From Naegleria gruberi (taxonomy: Eukaryota): 64,000 bases of DNA. The stretch's first letter is position 1; the number at the start of each line of letters is the position of its first letter. The translations under genes and the position numbers were made by a program. The notes under the pieces are model-generated. The model saw only the letters and a list, made by a program, of their open reading frames with translations, had not been told where the DNA came from and searched no databases. The stretch lies in assembly GCA_000004985.1 (NCBI GenBank), contig GG738876.1, one strand, 5' to 3'. Below, piece after piece: positions 1 through 10,053 of the stretch.

Positions 1-24
1 GAACACAACACACATCACAAGGAA

Positions 25-909
25 ATGACTTTGATGAATGAACATACAAAGGCTGACATGTTAGAAAAAATCGCTCACAAACTTGTTGATATTGAAATGA
101 GAAAGAATGATTCTGAAATTTTGAGTGTTAAAGCTTTATACGGACAATTATTGGCTTTCAAATCTACTAAGGATTCTTTGAAGATTTTTGAATTGTTGGA
201 ATTGAAGCACGGAAGAGATGTTAAATATCATTTTAACAGAATTGTTGAAGGTTCATTCTATGAAAAGTTGAAGAGTAATCTTAAATACATTCCTGATGAA
301 GATGCTACCATTGTTGCTATTTACTTTGGAAAGCAAGTTGAAAAGGAAGAAGATGGTCAACAAGTTATGGCTGAAAAGAATGAAACTATCACCTTTGAAG
401 TTAACAAGTCAACAGGAAAGTTGGAACAAATCAAGAAGAACGAACACACTAGGAATTATTACACTTTGAACTATGTTACTCCAATAACCAAGGGACGAAC
501 AGAATTGAACGATTTCAAGATTACCATTGCTAGTTATGTTCCAAATGAAGTTGAACAAGACGAAAAGAAGGCAGAAATTGATTCATTCTTGAGTGGATGT
601 ATTAATACTTGGGATAACCAAAATAATACTCTCAATACTGAATTGTTGAAGAACCCACCAAGCCCTTACAGATTCAAGGGAACTATTGTCAAGTTCAAGA
701 AACACTACCACTCTGAAGATGGTGCTATCAAGGTTACTCTCCACGAAATTCACGATCTTGATACTAAGGCTATCAACTATGAAGTTGTTGTTGTCAGTGA
801 AGAACTTTACAGATACTTGGATGACAAGGAACTGAAGCCAGCTGACAAGAAGAAGAAGTATAAGGAAAGTCTCGAAAAGTTGACTGACTGGTTGTTCACA
901 AACCAATAA
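25..909 (+). CDS. hypothetical Lys/Glu-rich protein, 294 aa, apparently single exon
   Basis: Complete ATG(25)..TAA ORF preceded by a CA/A-rich leader. No recognisable family motif. Coding-like codon usage. Confidence 0.4.
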   Translation: MTLMNEHTKADMLEKIAHKLVDIEMRKNDSEILSVKALYGQLLAFKSTKDSLKIFELLELKHGRDVKYHFNRIVEGSFYEKLKSNLKYIPDEDATIVAIYFGKQVEKEEDGQQVMAEKNETITFEVNKSTGKLEQIKKNEHTRNYYTLNYVTPITKGRTELNDFKITIASYVPNEVEQDEKKAEIDSFLSGCINTWDNQNNTLNTELLKNPPSPYRFKGTIVKFKKHYHSEDGAIKVTLHEIHDLDTKAINYEVVVVSEELYRYLDDKELKPADKKKKYKESLEKLTDWLFTNQ

Positions 910-1038
910 ATTTACACAACTGCTTGAGTGTTTAATTTATTATCATTTCAATTATCCATTTTTTGTTATCCTATTTCAATTCAGTTTTCAAGTGTGGAGA
1001 ACTTGTGTTCATAGTACTCTGAACTTTAAATCAAAAAA

Positions 1039-1320
1039 ATGACTAACAAGTATAGCCTGCATAGTGACATGAAGATCTTTAGAACTCGTTTATTATTTGT
1101 TGGATGGGTGTTTGTCTTTCTATTCCCACCTGCTGTTCCTTGTCTATTGATGTATTATGAGAAGAGAAAGGTTGAGGCTGAGCACACTGAGACTGGAATT
1201 GGATGTTGTACGAATTATTATTTTGTTTGTGGAATGGTGGATGTTTGTACCATACTGTTGACAATACTAGGTTGGCTTCCTGGTTCAATATTCACAGCAG
1301 TACTATTATCTGGAATATAA
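1039..1320 (+). CDS. Pmp3/UPF0057 (YqaE/Rci2) family small membrane proteolipid with an unusually long inter-helix loop
   Basis: FLFPPAVPCL...ILLTILGWLPGSIFTAVLL matches the two-helix signature of the family (FLPPxxVFL...ILLTILGYIPGIIHA). A 93-aa ORF with about 25 extra loop residues containing a CC pair. Confidence 0.5.
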   Translation: MTNKYSLHSDMKIFRTRLLFVGWVFVFLFPPAVPCLLMYYEKRKVEAEHTETGIGCCTNYYFVCGMVDVCTILLTILGWLPGSIFTAVLLSGI

Positions 1321-1553
1321 TCATCTCCAACACAAAATTATACACTCACCCTATGAAAATAATTTGAAGAAAGAATAACAATTTTGAAGAGAATATTTAG
1401 AAAAGAAAATATTGCCATGGAGAACAATTCATAGCAATCATGAAAAAGTACCTTCCGATACCATTTGATCAAGTAATTAATTTGATAATAATAAATATCA
1501 TACGGCAATGATAATTTTAAAAATGATCAAGTATTGGAGATGAACTTAAAAAA

Positions 1554-2867
1554 ATGGAAAAGCAAGAAGAAATAGAAATTACAAACAATAACTTTGATTC
1601 GGAGGAGAGAATGGATCAACGAATGGATCAAGGGAAGGAAGGAATGGCTGATCATTATGGTTCTAGTGAAGATGAAGATACATTGTCTGATCAGTTGGTT
1701 GTTGAAGATGAAGAAGAATATGCTTATTATGATTGGGAAACGGTTGGATCTTCCTTACAAAATCAAGAAGAGGAACTAATTGATTTGTGGATGAGAATTA
1801 ATGATGCCTTTTCCGATAGGAAGAAATCCCTTGTCAACAAGTTTCAAGGAATTTCTAATAATTTGAAAAGAGAATTGGAAAATCAAAAGTTACAACTCAA
1901 ACAAAAGAAGGAAACATTAGTAAGGGAAATGAATCAGCCAGAGAATGTCAAGACCAAGGACAAGTATGCATTTACAATTGGTGTTTTGATTATGGTTTCT
2001 TCAACTTTCCTCTTGGCAAAATATCCCTACCTATTACCAGATTATTACATTGTAATGAGTGTAATTCTGATGGTGATTAGATTCTTTCACTATCATGGAA
2101 TGGGATTCCACTACTTTATGTTAGATTTTTGCTATTTGGCCAACTTTATCTTGATCTTTTATTTGGGATTTTATACAAACAGTCCTCACCTGTTTTTACT
2201 GAACTTTGTAAACAGCAGTGGACCTCTTGCAATTGCCATTGTAATGTGGAGAAATTCATTGGTATTTCATTCGATTGAAAAGGTAACTTCAGTCTTTATA
2301 CACATCTTCCCAGCCATTGTAACATTTGCGTTGAGGTGGTTAATGTTTAATGACAACACTCAAACACCAAAAATTATAACACCAATTGGGGAGAGCTACT
2401 CTATTTGTGTCAATGAAGATTGTTATGTATCATTGGTTGACATTTACGTACCTCACATTTGCTTATTCATATTTTGGCAATTAAGCTATACAATCAAGAC
2501 ACATTTCCTTGACAGAGAATATCTACAAAAACAAAATAATATTCAAACCAGCTACAATTACCTTATCAAGTCTAAAGCGTTCATTCAAACATTGAGTGAC
2601 AAGTTGTATGGAAAGGAACATAGACTTTTAGGATTCATTTCTTTACAATTTTTATTTCATATGTGTACTTTGATTCCTATAAAATTTATGTTTGACCATT
2701 TTTGGGTTCATGTGGCTGTGTTGACAAGTGTATTCTTGGTTTCTGTTTGGAATGGAGCCAACTTTTACTTTGAGAGATTTGCAAAGGTTTATCTTCATGA
2801 CTTGAGAAAGATGGCAGAAAAATTGGAGATGGAAAACAAAGAACAAACTTCAGCAATCACTCAATGA
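1554..2867 (+). CDS. polytopic membrane protein, DUF2838/Gpc1 (glycerophosphocholine acyltransferase)-like
   Basis: 437-aa ORF from ATG 1554. Acidic N-terminus, then about 8 hydrophobic helices, with an HYHGMGFHYFMLDFCY motif that I recall as typical of DUF2838. Assignment is from memory of the family signature. Confidence 0.4.
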   Translation: MEKQEEIEITNNNFDSEERMDQRMDQGKEGMADHYGSSEDEDTLSDQLVVEDEEEYAYYDWETVGSSLQNQEEELIDLWMRINDAFSDRKKSLVNKFQGISNNLKRELENQKLQLKQKKETLVREMNQPENVKTKDKYAFTIGVLIMVSSTFLLAKYPYLLPDYYIVMSVILMVIRFFHYHGMGFHYFMLDFCYLANFILIFYLGFYTNSPHLFLLNFVNSSGPLAIAIVMWRNSLVFHSIEKVTSVFIHIFPAIVTFALRWLMFNDNTQTPKIITPIGESYSICVNEDCYVSLVDIYVPHICLFIFWQLSYTIKTHFLDREYLQKQNNIQTSYNYLIKSKAFIQTLSDKLYGKEHRLLGFISLQFLFHMCTLIPIKFMFDHFWVHVAVLTSVFLVSVWNGANFYFERFAKVYLHDLRKMAEKLEMENKEQTSAITQ

Positions 2868-3106
2868 TAGCGACAAGCAATTTGTAGAGATGACATAATT
2901 TTTTCCAATATTATACTTTTCTAGATAGTACGGTTAAAAAAGCCCTTACAATTTGGAGCTGAAGAACTGATTTTTCTTACTAATTCGTCTAATATTTGCC
3001 ATGGCAGGATTTTTCAGTGATTCTCAGGATGATGCGGTGAGGACACTCTGTAAACTTTTATGAATGTACTCAGGAGTTTGACAGATATTAATAATTCAAA
3101 AAGAAC

Positions 3107-4006
3107 ATGTCGACAAGGGTGACTGAAAGTATTCACAGGTTGCTCTCCTCCTTCAGATCTCTTGACTCTCTGTTGGAATCTTCAGGAGTGGAACACAAAC
3201 ACGAATCACTCAATGTTCTCAAAGGTTATCTTGTAAATAGAAGGAATAGCGAATTGATGGAGTGTATTCTCTTCATCAGAAATTGTAATAATAATGTATA
3301 TACTGTAGATAGTTTCATAGAATTTTATAGAGAGTTTATCAATGTAAATAGTAACAAGTCCTTGAATTTACCAAGCCAAGCAATTCAACAAGCTTTTGAT
3401 CTCTATCAACAATTAACCTGTACAAAAGTCATTTCAAATCATCAATTAATTTCACTCAAGATTGAATCAATTATAAAGAATATTTTCAATCTTATTGAGT
3501 ATCAGATAGATATTGAAATATTACCACAATTCAGAAAGTCAACTGAATACAAGACATATATTTTAGAGAAAGTCATCGAGTTGGGAAGTGATAATCCGCA
3601 ACAACCATCTGGTTTATCTTCTTCACAGAGGGGAAGTTGCCATGACTTGACAGCACATTTAGATGATGCACTTTCGGATTCTGATCAAGATCAGCTCGAT
3701 AAGTCAACAACTATCGAACATATGTTAAAGGAGGGTAACATGTTGGAACATCTCAAAGCATTCCAAAAGAAAAAATTAATTCATCTCTATCAGATTAAAG
3801 ACTTTACAACGCAAGATCTAAAAGACAAGATTGGTATTAAAAAGATTGGACATTTGAAAAGAATTGTACGTCTAGTTAATCAACATTTCAATAATAAACC
3901 CAACGATCTTTCATTGTATTGGTTTGGCTCATTCTCTTTTCACATTTTGTTCCTAACATTTCTCATTGAGAAAGAATGTATTCAGTCTCAATTAGATTCT
4001 GATTGA
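3107..4006 (+). CDS. hypothetical protein, possible C-terminal SAM-like helical domain
   Basis: 299-aa ORF from ATG 3107. The C-terminal segment LIHLYQIKDFTTQDLKDKIGIKKIGHLKRIVRLV resembles SAM-domain spacing. Otherwise unassigned. Confidence 0.3.
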   Translation: MSTRVTESIHRLLSSFRSLDSLLESSGVEHKHESLNVLKGYLVNRRNSELMECILFIRNCNNNVYTVDSFIEFYREFINVNSNKSLNLPSQAIQQAFDLYQQLTCTKVISNHQLISLKIESIIKNIFNLIEYQIDIEILPQFRKSTEYKTYILEKVIELGSDNPQQPSGLSSSQRGSCHDLTAHLDDALSDSDQDQLDKSTTIEHMLKEGNMLEHLKAFQKKKLIHLYQIKDFTTQDLKDKIGIKKIGHLKRIVRLVNQHFNNKPNDLSLYWFGSFSFHILFLTFLIEKECIQSQLDSD

Positions 4007-4332
4007 TTCTCAAGGTTTTACGATAATTCCTTCCCATTGAACGTTGATATATATTTAAGTAAATAATTCAATTCAAAACTCTCCAAATATTTCATTGTAA
4101 TGGCCAGCTCATTCCAAATCTCAAATGTCTTTCCTTATAAAGGGAGATTTCTGGATGCCCCTAATTACCTTTCTCTACAAATTCAATAAAACGGTAAAAT
4201 CTATTTATTAATACATTATAGAAACTAGATGTATTTACTATTTCACTCCAAAGACCAAATACAAATTGATTCAATTCTGCCTTAAATAGTTCGATTTCCA
4301 GCAAACTATTAGAAAACAACAAAAAAAACAAA

Positions 4333-5310
4333 ATGAAAACAAGTTTAATTATTGCAGCAATTGCAATTCTACTCTTCATTGCAGTTGTACAAGCAACTGA
4401 CAGCTATGCTCCAAAGCCTGACAGTTATGCTCCAAAGCCAGACAGTTACAAGCCACCTGTTAAGAGAGTGTGCAAGAAGAAATGTGTTGCTCACAAGTAT
4501 GTCAATGGAAAGTGTTTGAAACATAAGATTGTTGGTCAAAAGAAGGTCTGTGATAAGTATGCTATTGTTGGTGCTGGAAAATGCTTGAAATACAAAAAGT
4601 TCTCCAAGTGTGACAAGTACAGTAAGCCAATTAAGAAGTGTGTTAAGCATGCATACAAGAAGACTACTTGTGCTAAGAAGAAGTACTGGAAGGTTTGCGA
4701 TTCTTATGGAAGTAAGAAGGTCTGTGCTAAGAAGGCAAGCAAGAAGTATTGTGCCAAGTATGAAAATGTCACCAAGTGTGTCAAACATGCTACCAAGAAG
4801 GTCTGTAAGAAATTCAAGAAGGTTCCAATTAAGAAGTGTGAAAAGAAGAAGGTCTGTGACAAGTACACCACTGATTCATATGCTCCAGCCAAGTGCAAAT
4901 ATGTTAAGAAGTGTAAGGTTGTCTCCTATGCTAAGAAGTGTTGTCAATATAAGAAGATTAAGTATTGTAAGCAAAAGAAGACTTTCAAGAAGTGTTGTCA
5001 ATATAAGACTAAGCATTATTGTGCCAAGCATAAGACTATCAAATTCTGTAAGCACAAGAAGACTTTGAGCAAGTGTATCAAGTACAATAAGAAGAAGTAC
5101 TGTTGTCAATATAAGACCATTCCTTCCAAGTGTATCCATAAGAAGCATTGGAAGAAGTGTGTTAAAAAGTCAAAGGGAAAGAGAATTTGTAAGAAGCACA
5201 AGTTGACTGGTGGAAAGAAGGTCTGTAAGAAGTATGCTCAAAAGAAGGTCTGTGCTAAGAGAAAGAAGGTCTGTAAGAAGGTTGACTCTTATTTTGGTAA
5301 GAAGTGGTAA
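4333..5310 (+). CDS. secreted, highly basic Lys/Cys-rich repetitive protein (signal peptide, 3x DSYAPKP, then many KKVC/CVKH/KKC repeats)
   Basis: N-terminal MKTSLIIAAIAILLFIAVVQA looks like a signal peptide. About 325 aa with roughly 50 Cys and 90 Lys. The DNA shows imperfect tandem repeats (gacagctatgctccaaagcct x3; aagaaggtctgtg recurring). Confidence 0.6.
   Translation: MKTSLIIAAIAILLFIAVVQATDSYAPKPDSYAPKPDSYKPPVKRVCKKKCVAHKYVNGKCLKHKIVGQKKVCDKYAIVGAGKCLKYKKFSKCDKYSKPIKKCVKHAYKKTTCAKKKYWKVCDSYGSKKVCAKKASKKYCAKYENVTKCVKHATKKVCKKFKKVPIKKCEKKKVCDKYTTDSYAPAKCKYVKKCKVVSYAKKCCQYKKIKYCKQKKTFKKCCQYKTKHYCAKHKTIKFCKHKKTLSKCIKYNKKKYCCQYKTIPSKCIHKKHWKKCVKKSKGKRICKKHKLTGGKKVCKKYAQKKVCAKRKKVCKKVDSYFGKKW
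4390..5290 (+). repeat. imperfect tandem coding repeats (Lys/Cys-rich units) inside the 4333..5310 gene
   Basis: Recurring aagaagtgtgt/aagaaggtctgt nucleotide motifs. They generate spurious overlapping ORFs on both strands in the track. Confidence 0.6.
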
Positions 5311-5417
5311 GGTGAAGGAGATGAAACAATTTTGAAAATTTTGTAATTTTGAAATGAAATAGTGAGAATAAATGTGTTCACCTTAATATATATTCGAAAT
5401 GATCATATCATGCTTCT

Positions 5418-5913
5418 CTAATCAATAATTGATTGTAAACTTTGTAAATGAGCCTCAATTCGAGAAGATTTCTTTTTCATATCTTCAATTTCCTTATTAA
5501 ATTGTTCAGTGAGAGGTTCCACTAGCATCATTTGTGATTTTTCAAATCGGAGTCGTATTGTTTTTTTCTCATTCTCTAGTGAACTAATTACTTTTTGAAT
5601 GGTGGCATGATTTTTTTTGGATTTGATGATTTCCTCTTGTTTTAATTCGAATAGTTCGAGAAGGTTCATTTTGGCGACTGTGTAATTCTCTGCTCGAATG
5701 ATCGTGAATGATTTTAAGTGGTACTTTCACAATAATTACAATTAATTTCGAATAACCTTCCAGCAGATTCCTCCAAAATATTTCGGAATTAATTAATTGA
5801 TCGTGAGTTGATTTGTCGATAGAGAGAATACTTCCAAGATGTTTCACGGAGAGGAATGTAAATATTTCTATTAGAATTTCTGTTGGTAAAGAGATTGACA
5901 TTTTTTTAAACAT
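5418..5913 (-). CDS. F-box-like protein with C-terminal coiled coil. Two exons, with a short intron around 5700-5750.
   Basis: The N-terminal LPTEILIEIFTFLSVKHLGSILSIDKSTHD is an F-box motif. The downstream ORF 5418..5669 is coiled-coil-like and in another frame. The best donor/acceptor pair found is gtaatt...gcagag (about 51 nt). Exact junction is uncertain. Confidence 0.4.
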
Positions 5914-6076
5914 GAAAACTAACCTAACACGTTCGAAACTTTAATTTTGAAGGTTTGGATGGCTTCATATCATTTTCTTGTCATGGTGATAGAACATGTA
6001 CCAATTTCTTCAAACACATAATAAACATTTCGTTTTTGTTTCATTGAAATCATAAAGATCTCAAGTACTTAGTTTT

Positions 6077-8014
6077 TTAAAGCTCCTTTTTAATGAAAAC
6101 TGAATGATAGGAACGAAATGGATTTCTAATATCTTGATTTCTTCTATAAGAAGATGATGAGGATGTTTGTTGTGATATCTGATCTACATCTTCACTATAG
6201 TCCACTTCAAATCCATATAATTTTTCACCATCTTGATATTTGAGAGAGCTAATGAGATTGGACCACTCTTCTCTAGATCTATATTCTGCATAGTATTCAG
6301 TGCAAAAATTTGGCATTTCTCTAGGAGAAGACCAAACCATAGAGTACAGTCCGTGCATAATGTCCAACACGAGTGAAATCTCTGTGGGTGTGCAATCGTG
6401 TTCTCTAATAATGAATACACCACCAGGTTCTAAAACTCTGTGAATTTCCTTGATGGTCTCCTCTACATTCTTAATGTGATGAAGAGACATAAGGGCTACC
6501 ACAAGAGAAAACGAATTAGACTCATAGGGAAGCTTATTATTATCCTCACTGATGAGTGTAAAGGTAAATCCTGTTGTGTAACTCTTTCCAATATCTCTGA
6601 CATCGCAGCCGTGAATGTTTTCCTTACTTAATCCCAATTCAGTACCAACTACAGCAGTAATGGATCCTTCTGAACATCCAATGTCTAACATGTTTCTTAT
6701 TTTTGCATTGCTTGGAAGAATTTCCTTAATCTTACTCGATCTATTGTTTGCTCTATATGACGTATCAACAGATGAATCAGATGTCATTTTGGTTAAATTC
6801 ACAGGATTTTCTTGAAGATATTCACGTGATTTGAATATTTCGTTCTGAAACAAGTTGTAAAGTTGATCATAAATTTCCTGATCCTTCTCGTATTGTTCTA
6901 TAATTTTTCCAATCTTGTTTTGTACAATTTCTTGTTGCTTGAAACATTTCCTGAGCATTTGTTTTGAAAGAATTTGAATAAATCTCTTCTTGATATCTCC
7001 AGCAGAATTGAACCAAACATAACTGAATTGTTTTTGGGAGAGTACAGTTGGAAGACCATTCTTATCCAAATCCGTTTCCTTATCTGTATCTGATTCGAGA
7101 ATTGGCAATATAGCTACCATTGTATGGCCATCTTGAATGTTTCTATTTTCAATGATTTTTCTCGTTTTGCATTTTCCCTCTATTTGTTTCACCAGAGCTT
7201 CTGATTCTTCGTCTCTACCTCTGAAAATAAGTAAGGGACATTCTAAATCTTCCAAAATCTCTCTACTCATTTCACAAAGTGAATTAGTTTTGTCCTCAGC
7301 AGATTCGAATAATTTTGTCTTTGAAAAGAGGTCAATGTCAACATATATTATAGATTTGAAATATTCTACTTTTGAGTAGGATTCCCTCATCCAATCCATG
7401 AAATCCTGATTTACACAATTTACCAAATCATTAAATTTGAAGGATTTCAAATTATCTTTCAAACATTCAAATATTTCTCTATTATTTTCTACAGCCACAA
7501 TATTATCAAAGGATCCACTCTTTCTAATTAATAATAAACTTGTAGCTCCAACTCCAGCAAAACCATCTATAAGAGTATTCTTACTTCTACTCTTCTTTGA
7601 ATAGCTGAGTAATGGACAATTTTCATCTCTTACATCCAAAATCCAATTCATCATTAAAAGTTGTGATTCTTCTGGAACGAAACTCTTATAATCCAAACCA
7701 GCCAACTTGGCTAATTTATAATCACGGAATGGAAAGGCATCCTCCAAGTCTCTACATTTACTTGCTCCAATTTTATTCCTCTTATTGTAACTTCCTCTAT
7801 CATTGTGATGAGAAGATGATGAAGAAGAGTAATTCTGTTTCTTTCCATCATGATTATATTCATCTTTATTGTATTTTCCATAATCATCATAATTTCTCTT
7901 CTTATTGTAGGAACCATATGATGATGTCGAGTAATTATTCTTGTTATTACTTCGTCCCGAGGAATTATTGTATGAAGAATTGGATGATGAATTGTGATGA
8001 TAATTTCTTCTCAT
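6077..8014 (-). CDS. two-domain SAM-dependent methyltransferase. An N-terminal SY/N-rich low-complexity region is followed by an RsmD/TGS1-like N-methyltransferase fold and a C-terminal Methyltransf_11-type domain.
   Basis: LIDGFAGVGATSLLLIRKSG...VAVENN is a DxFxGxG motif of the m2G/TGS1 type. The C-terminal NMLDIGCSEGSITAVVG ... GCDVRD ... LEPGGVFIIREHD supplies motifs I, post-I and III of class I methyltransferases. 645-aa single ORF from ATG 8014. Confidence 0.6.
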   Translation of the reverse strand: MRRNYHHNSSSNSSYNNSSGRSNNKNNYSTSSYGSYNKKRNYDDYGKYNKDEYNHDGKKQNYSSSSSSHHNDRGSYNKRNKIGASKCRDLEDAFPFRDYKLAKLAGLDYKSFVPEESQLLMMNWILDVRDENCPLLSYSKKSRSKNTLIDGFAGVGATSLLLIRKSGSFDNIVAVENNREIFECLKDNLKSFKFNDLVNCVNQDFMDWMRESYSKVEYFKSIIYVDIDLFSKTKLFESAEDKTNSLCEMSREILEDLECPLLIFRGRDEESEALVKQIEGKCKTRKIIENRNIQDGHTMVAILPILESDTDKETDLDKNGLPTVLSQKQFSYVWFNSAGDIKKRFIQILSKQMLRKCFKQQEIVQNKIGKIIEQYEKDQEIYDQLYNLFQNEIFKSREYLQENPVNLTKMTSDSSVDTSYRANNRSSKIKEILPSNAKIRNMLDIGCSEGSITAVVGTELGLSKENIHGCDVRDIGKSYTTGFTFTLISEDNNKLPYESNSFSLVVALMSLHHIKNVEETIKEIHRVLEPGGVFIIREHDCTPTEISLVLDIMHGLYSMVWSSPREMPNFCTEYYAEYRSREEWSNLISSLKYQDGEKLYGFEVDYSEDVDQISQQTSSSSSYRRNQDIRNPFRSYHSVFIKKEL

Positions 8015-8089
8015 TTTTTTTAATAATTAAAAATAGAAATTATTTACAAAATTAAATAATTAAAAGTAAAATAAATATTATAAAATGTA

Positions 8090-9754
8090 TTATATCAAAT
8101 TAACGTAGGATTTCTTTCTATAAATTCTACAATAAATAGTGGTCACTGAAATGATTAGTCCAGCCACCAGTAAAGCTCCAATTATACTAAACGAAACTGA
8201 AAGAGGAACAACTAGATCATTCACTGGACTTGGAGTATAAACTTGGAATGAGAATGAACACTGCTCAGATGGATCAGTACTTGAACATTGCAAAAGGAAT
8301 GCGATATTTTTGGTGGTTTCTGAAATTGGTAAGTTGAATTTTCTCTTTTCTTGTTTTGGTAATAAGGTAAACTTTTCTGAAAAGCTAACAGGAGATGGCA
8401 ATGGAATGCTATCATAAACATCATCTTGGATATAAATTTCCAGTTTTGTTTCATCAGATTTTGAGAGGGTATTGAAATTACCTTCCATAACGAGCTTTCT
8501 TGAATTTGAGATTGGAATTGCAAAGTAAATATTTTCTCCCACCTTGATAGTACCATTGATTTGTTCGTAAACTTTGTGGATGACCGGGGATGGTTTGAAT
8601 TCTGTTTGACCCATGATTGATAGGACAGTTTGATTCTTAATTGGATTCAATTCGAATTGCAAAATTTCAGATGTGTTGGAGGCAAGTTTAGTATAGCTAG
8701 ATTCGTAAAAGACTCCTTCGAATTGTGTAGCTACCAATAAACTATCATCTAGTAAATTCACTTGTTTTCCATTAATATCTGTTCTTGTGTTGTTAATCGA
8801 TTCAAAAGTATACTTGATGGTAAGTCTTGAAATATAATCTGGAATATTTGCTGTTCCATTATCTGTTTTGAAAGTGAATGAAAATGCATCCAGGAAGATA
8901 TACTCTCGATTTCTAAAACGGTGGAATTTCATATCTTTGGAATTGTAAGGGTTAAGATTAAATTGAATTGGAATGCTTGGTTGTGAAAATAATAATCTCA
9001 TTCTTCTATCAGGAAATTGAGTGAGTGGCAATGAGAAGGAAGAATGATAGGATAAATCAACATTCTCTCCCATTTGAATTTCCTTCTCAATTGGCTTACT
9101 ATTAGACACAATTTGAATAGTAATATTTTCAATGTTCCATTTTTCAAGTGCACCCAAATCAAATTGCAAACCATCTTTGAAACTGGAAGAATCTATTATT
9201 TCCTCCTTGTTTCTTACTAGAATTCTCATAGATTTTGGATCCACATTCAATACACCAATTTTATCCCAAACAATAAAACCCATTGTCACATTGTGTGAAT
9301 TATTGAAAGATTCCCTCGGGAAGTAAAATTCATACGAATCCATCAAGTAATAAGTCGAGTTATCAATCATTGAAAAGCATCTCCCTTCACAATTCTTTGT
9401 CGCCTCAAATTCAATGATTGGTTCGGAACTGTTTCCTTCAGGAATTGGAGCTGCAAAGATCAAATTGACACCAGCCAACTCTGACAAGGCAGATGGTAAG
9501 AAGAATAATTCACTCAGTGCCGTTTCATTATTAACACGAAACCATTTTGAAACTCTGCCCAACTCGCCAATATTACACGAATCAGCCTTCACCATATTAT
9601 CCATTCCATTCACTATCATCATCAGCAGCACTATTGCAATCATCAACATGCTTGAAATCACAGAATGCTTTCCCAATCGGTGATAATCAACTAGAGCACG
9701 ATTATTTCCTCTTCTTCTTGTTACAGCAGCTGCTCCGTTAAAATCTTGAATCAT
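8090..9754 (-). CDS. type I membrane glycoprotein of unknown family, with a large N-glycosylated ectodomain
   Basis: N-terminal hydrophobic signal/anchor (SSMLMIAIVLLMMIVNG), many NxS/T sequons, and a C-terminal TM (IIGALLVAGLIISVTTIYCRIYRKK) followed by a short tail. The true ATG is at 9754; the track starts 6 nt upstream at TTG. Confidence 0.45.
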   Translation of the reverse strand: MIQDFNGAAAVTRRRGNNRALVDYHRLGKHSVISSMLMIAIVLLMMIVNGMDNMVKADSCNIGELGRVSKWFRVNNETALSELFFLPSALSELAGVNLIFAAPIPEGNSSEPIIEFEATKNCEGRCFSMIDNSTYYLMDSYEFYFPRESFNNSHNVTMGFIVWDKIGVLNVDPKSMRILVRNKEEIIDSSSFKDGLQFDLGALEKWNIENITIQIVSNSKPIEKEIQMGENVDLSYHSSFSLPLTQFPDRRMRLLFSQPSIPIQFNLNPYNSKDMKFHRFRNREYIFLDAFSFTFKTDNGTANIPDYISRLTIKYTFESINNTRTDINGKQVNLLDDSLLVATQFEGVFYESSYTKLASNTSEILQFELNPIKNQTVLSIMGQTEFKPSPVIHKVYEQINGTIKVGENIYFAIPISNSRKLVMEGNFNTLSKSDETKLEIYIQDDVYDSIPLPSPVSFSEKFTLLPKQEKRKFNLPISETTKNIAFLLQCSSTDPSEQCSFSFQVYTPSPVNDLVVPLSVSFSIIGALLVAGLIISVTTIYCRIYRKKSYVNLI

Positions 9755-10053
9755 TTTCAAAGATTTGGTGTGGGACTTTTTTTTTTGGTTTGAGATTTTT
9801 CAAAAATCGTTTTTCTAGAATGCTTCCAATTTGTTTTGACTGAATTTTGATGAGCCAAGCAAAGCGCGTAAAATAGTATTGTAACACAACAAAATTGTTC
9901 CATTGCACAATGAGAAGATATTGAGGGTAACCATCTAAAAGATAGGTTAGGACCTAGATATATGGTATAAGGCAGGTTGACTTGTATTGAAAATAAATAT
10001 TATTTAAATATTTACAATTTAATAAAATTTAAATTAAATATTCCTTTAAAAAA

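Noticed and set aside
4369-5148. Overlapping ORFs 4369..4788(-), 4610..5068(+), 4704..4898(-) and 4876..5148(-) inside the Lys/Cys-rich gene
   Set aside because: These are repeat-induced stop-free frames, not independent genes.
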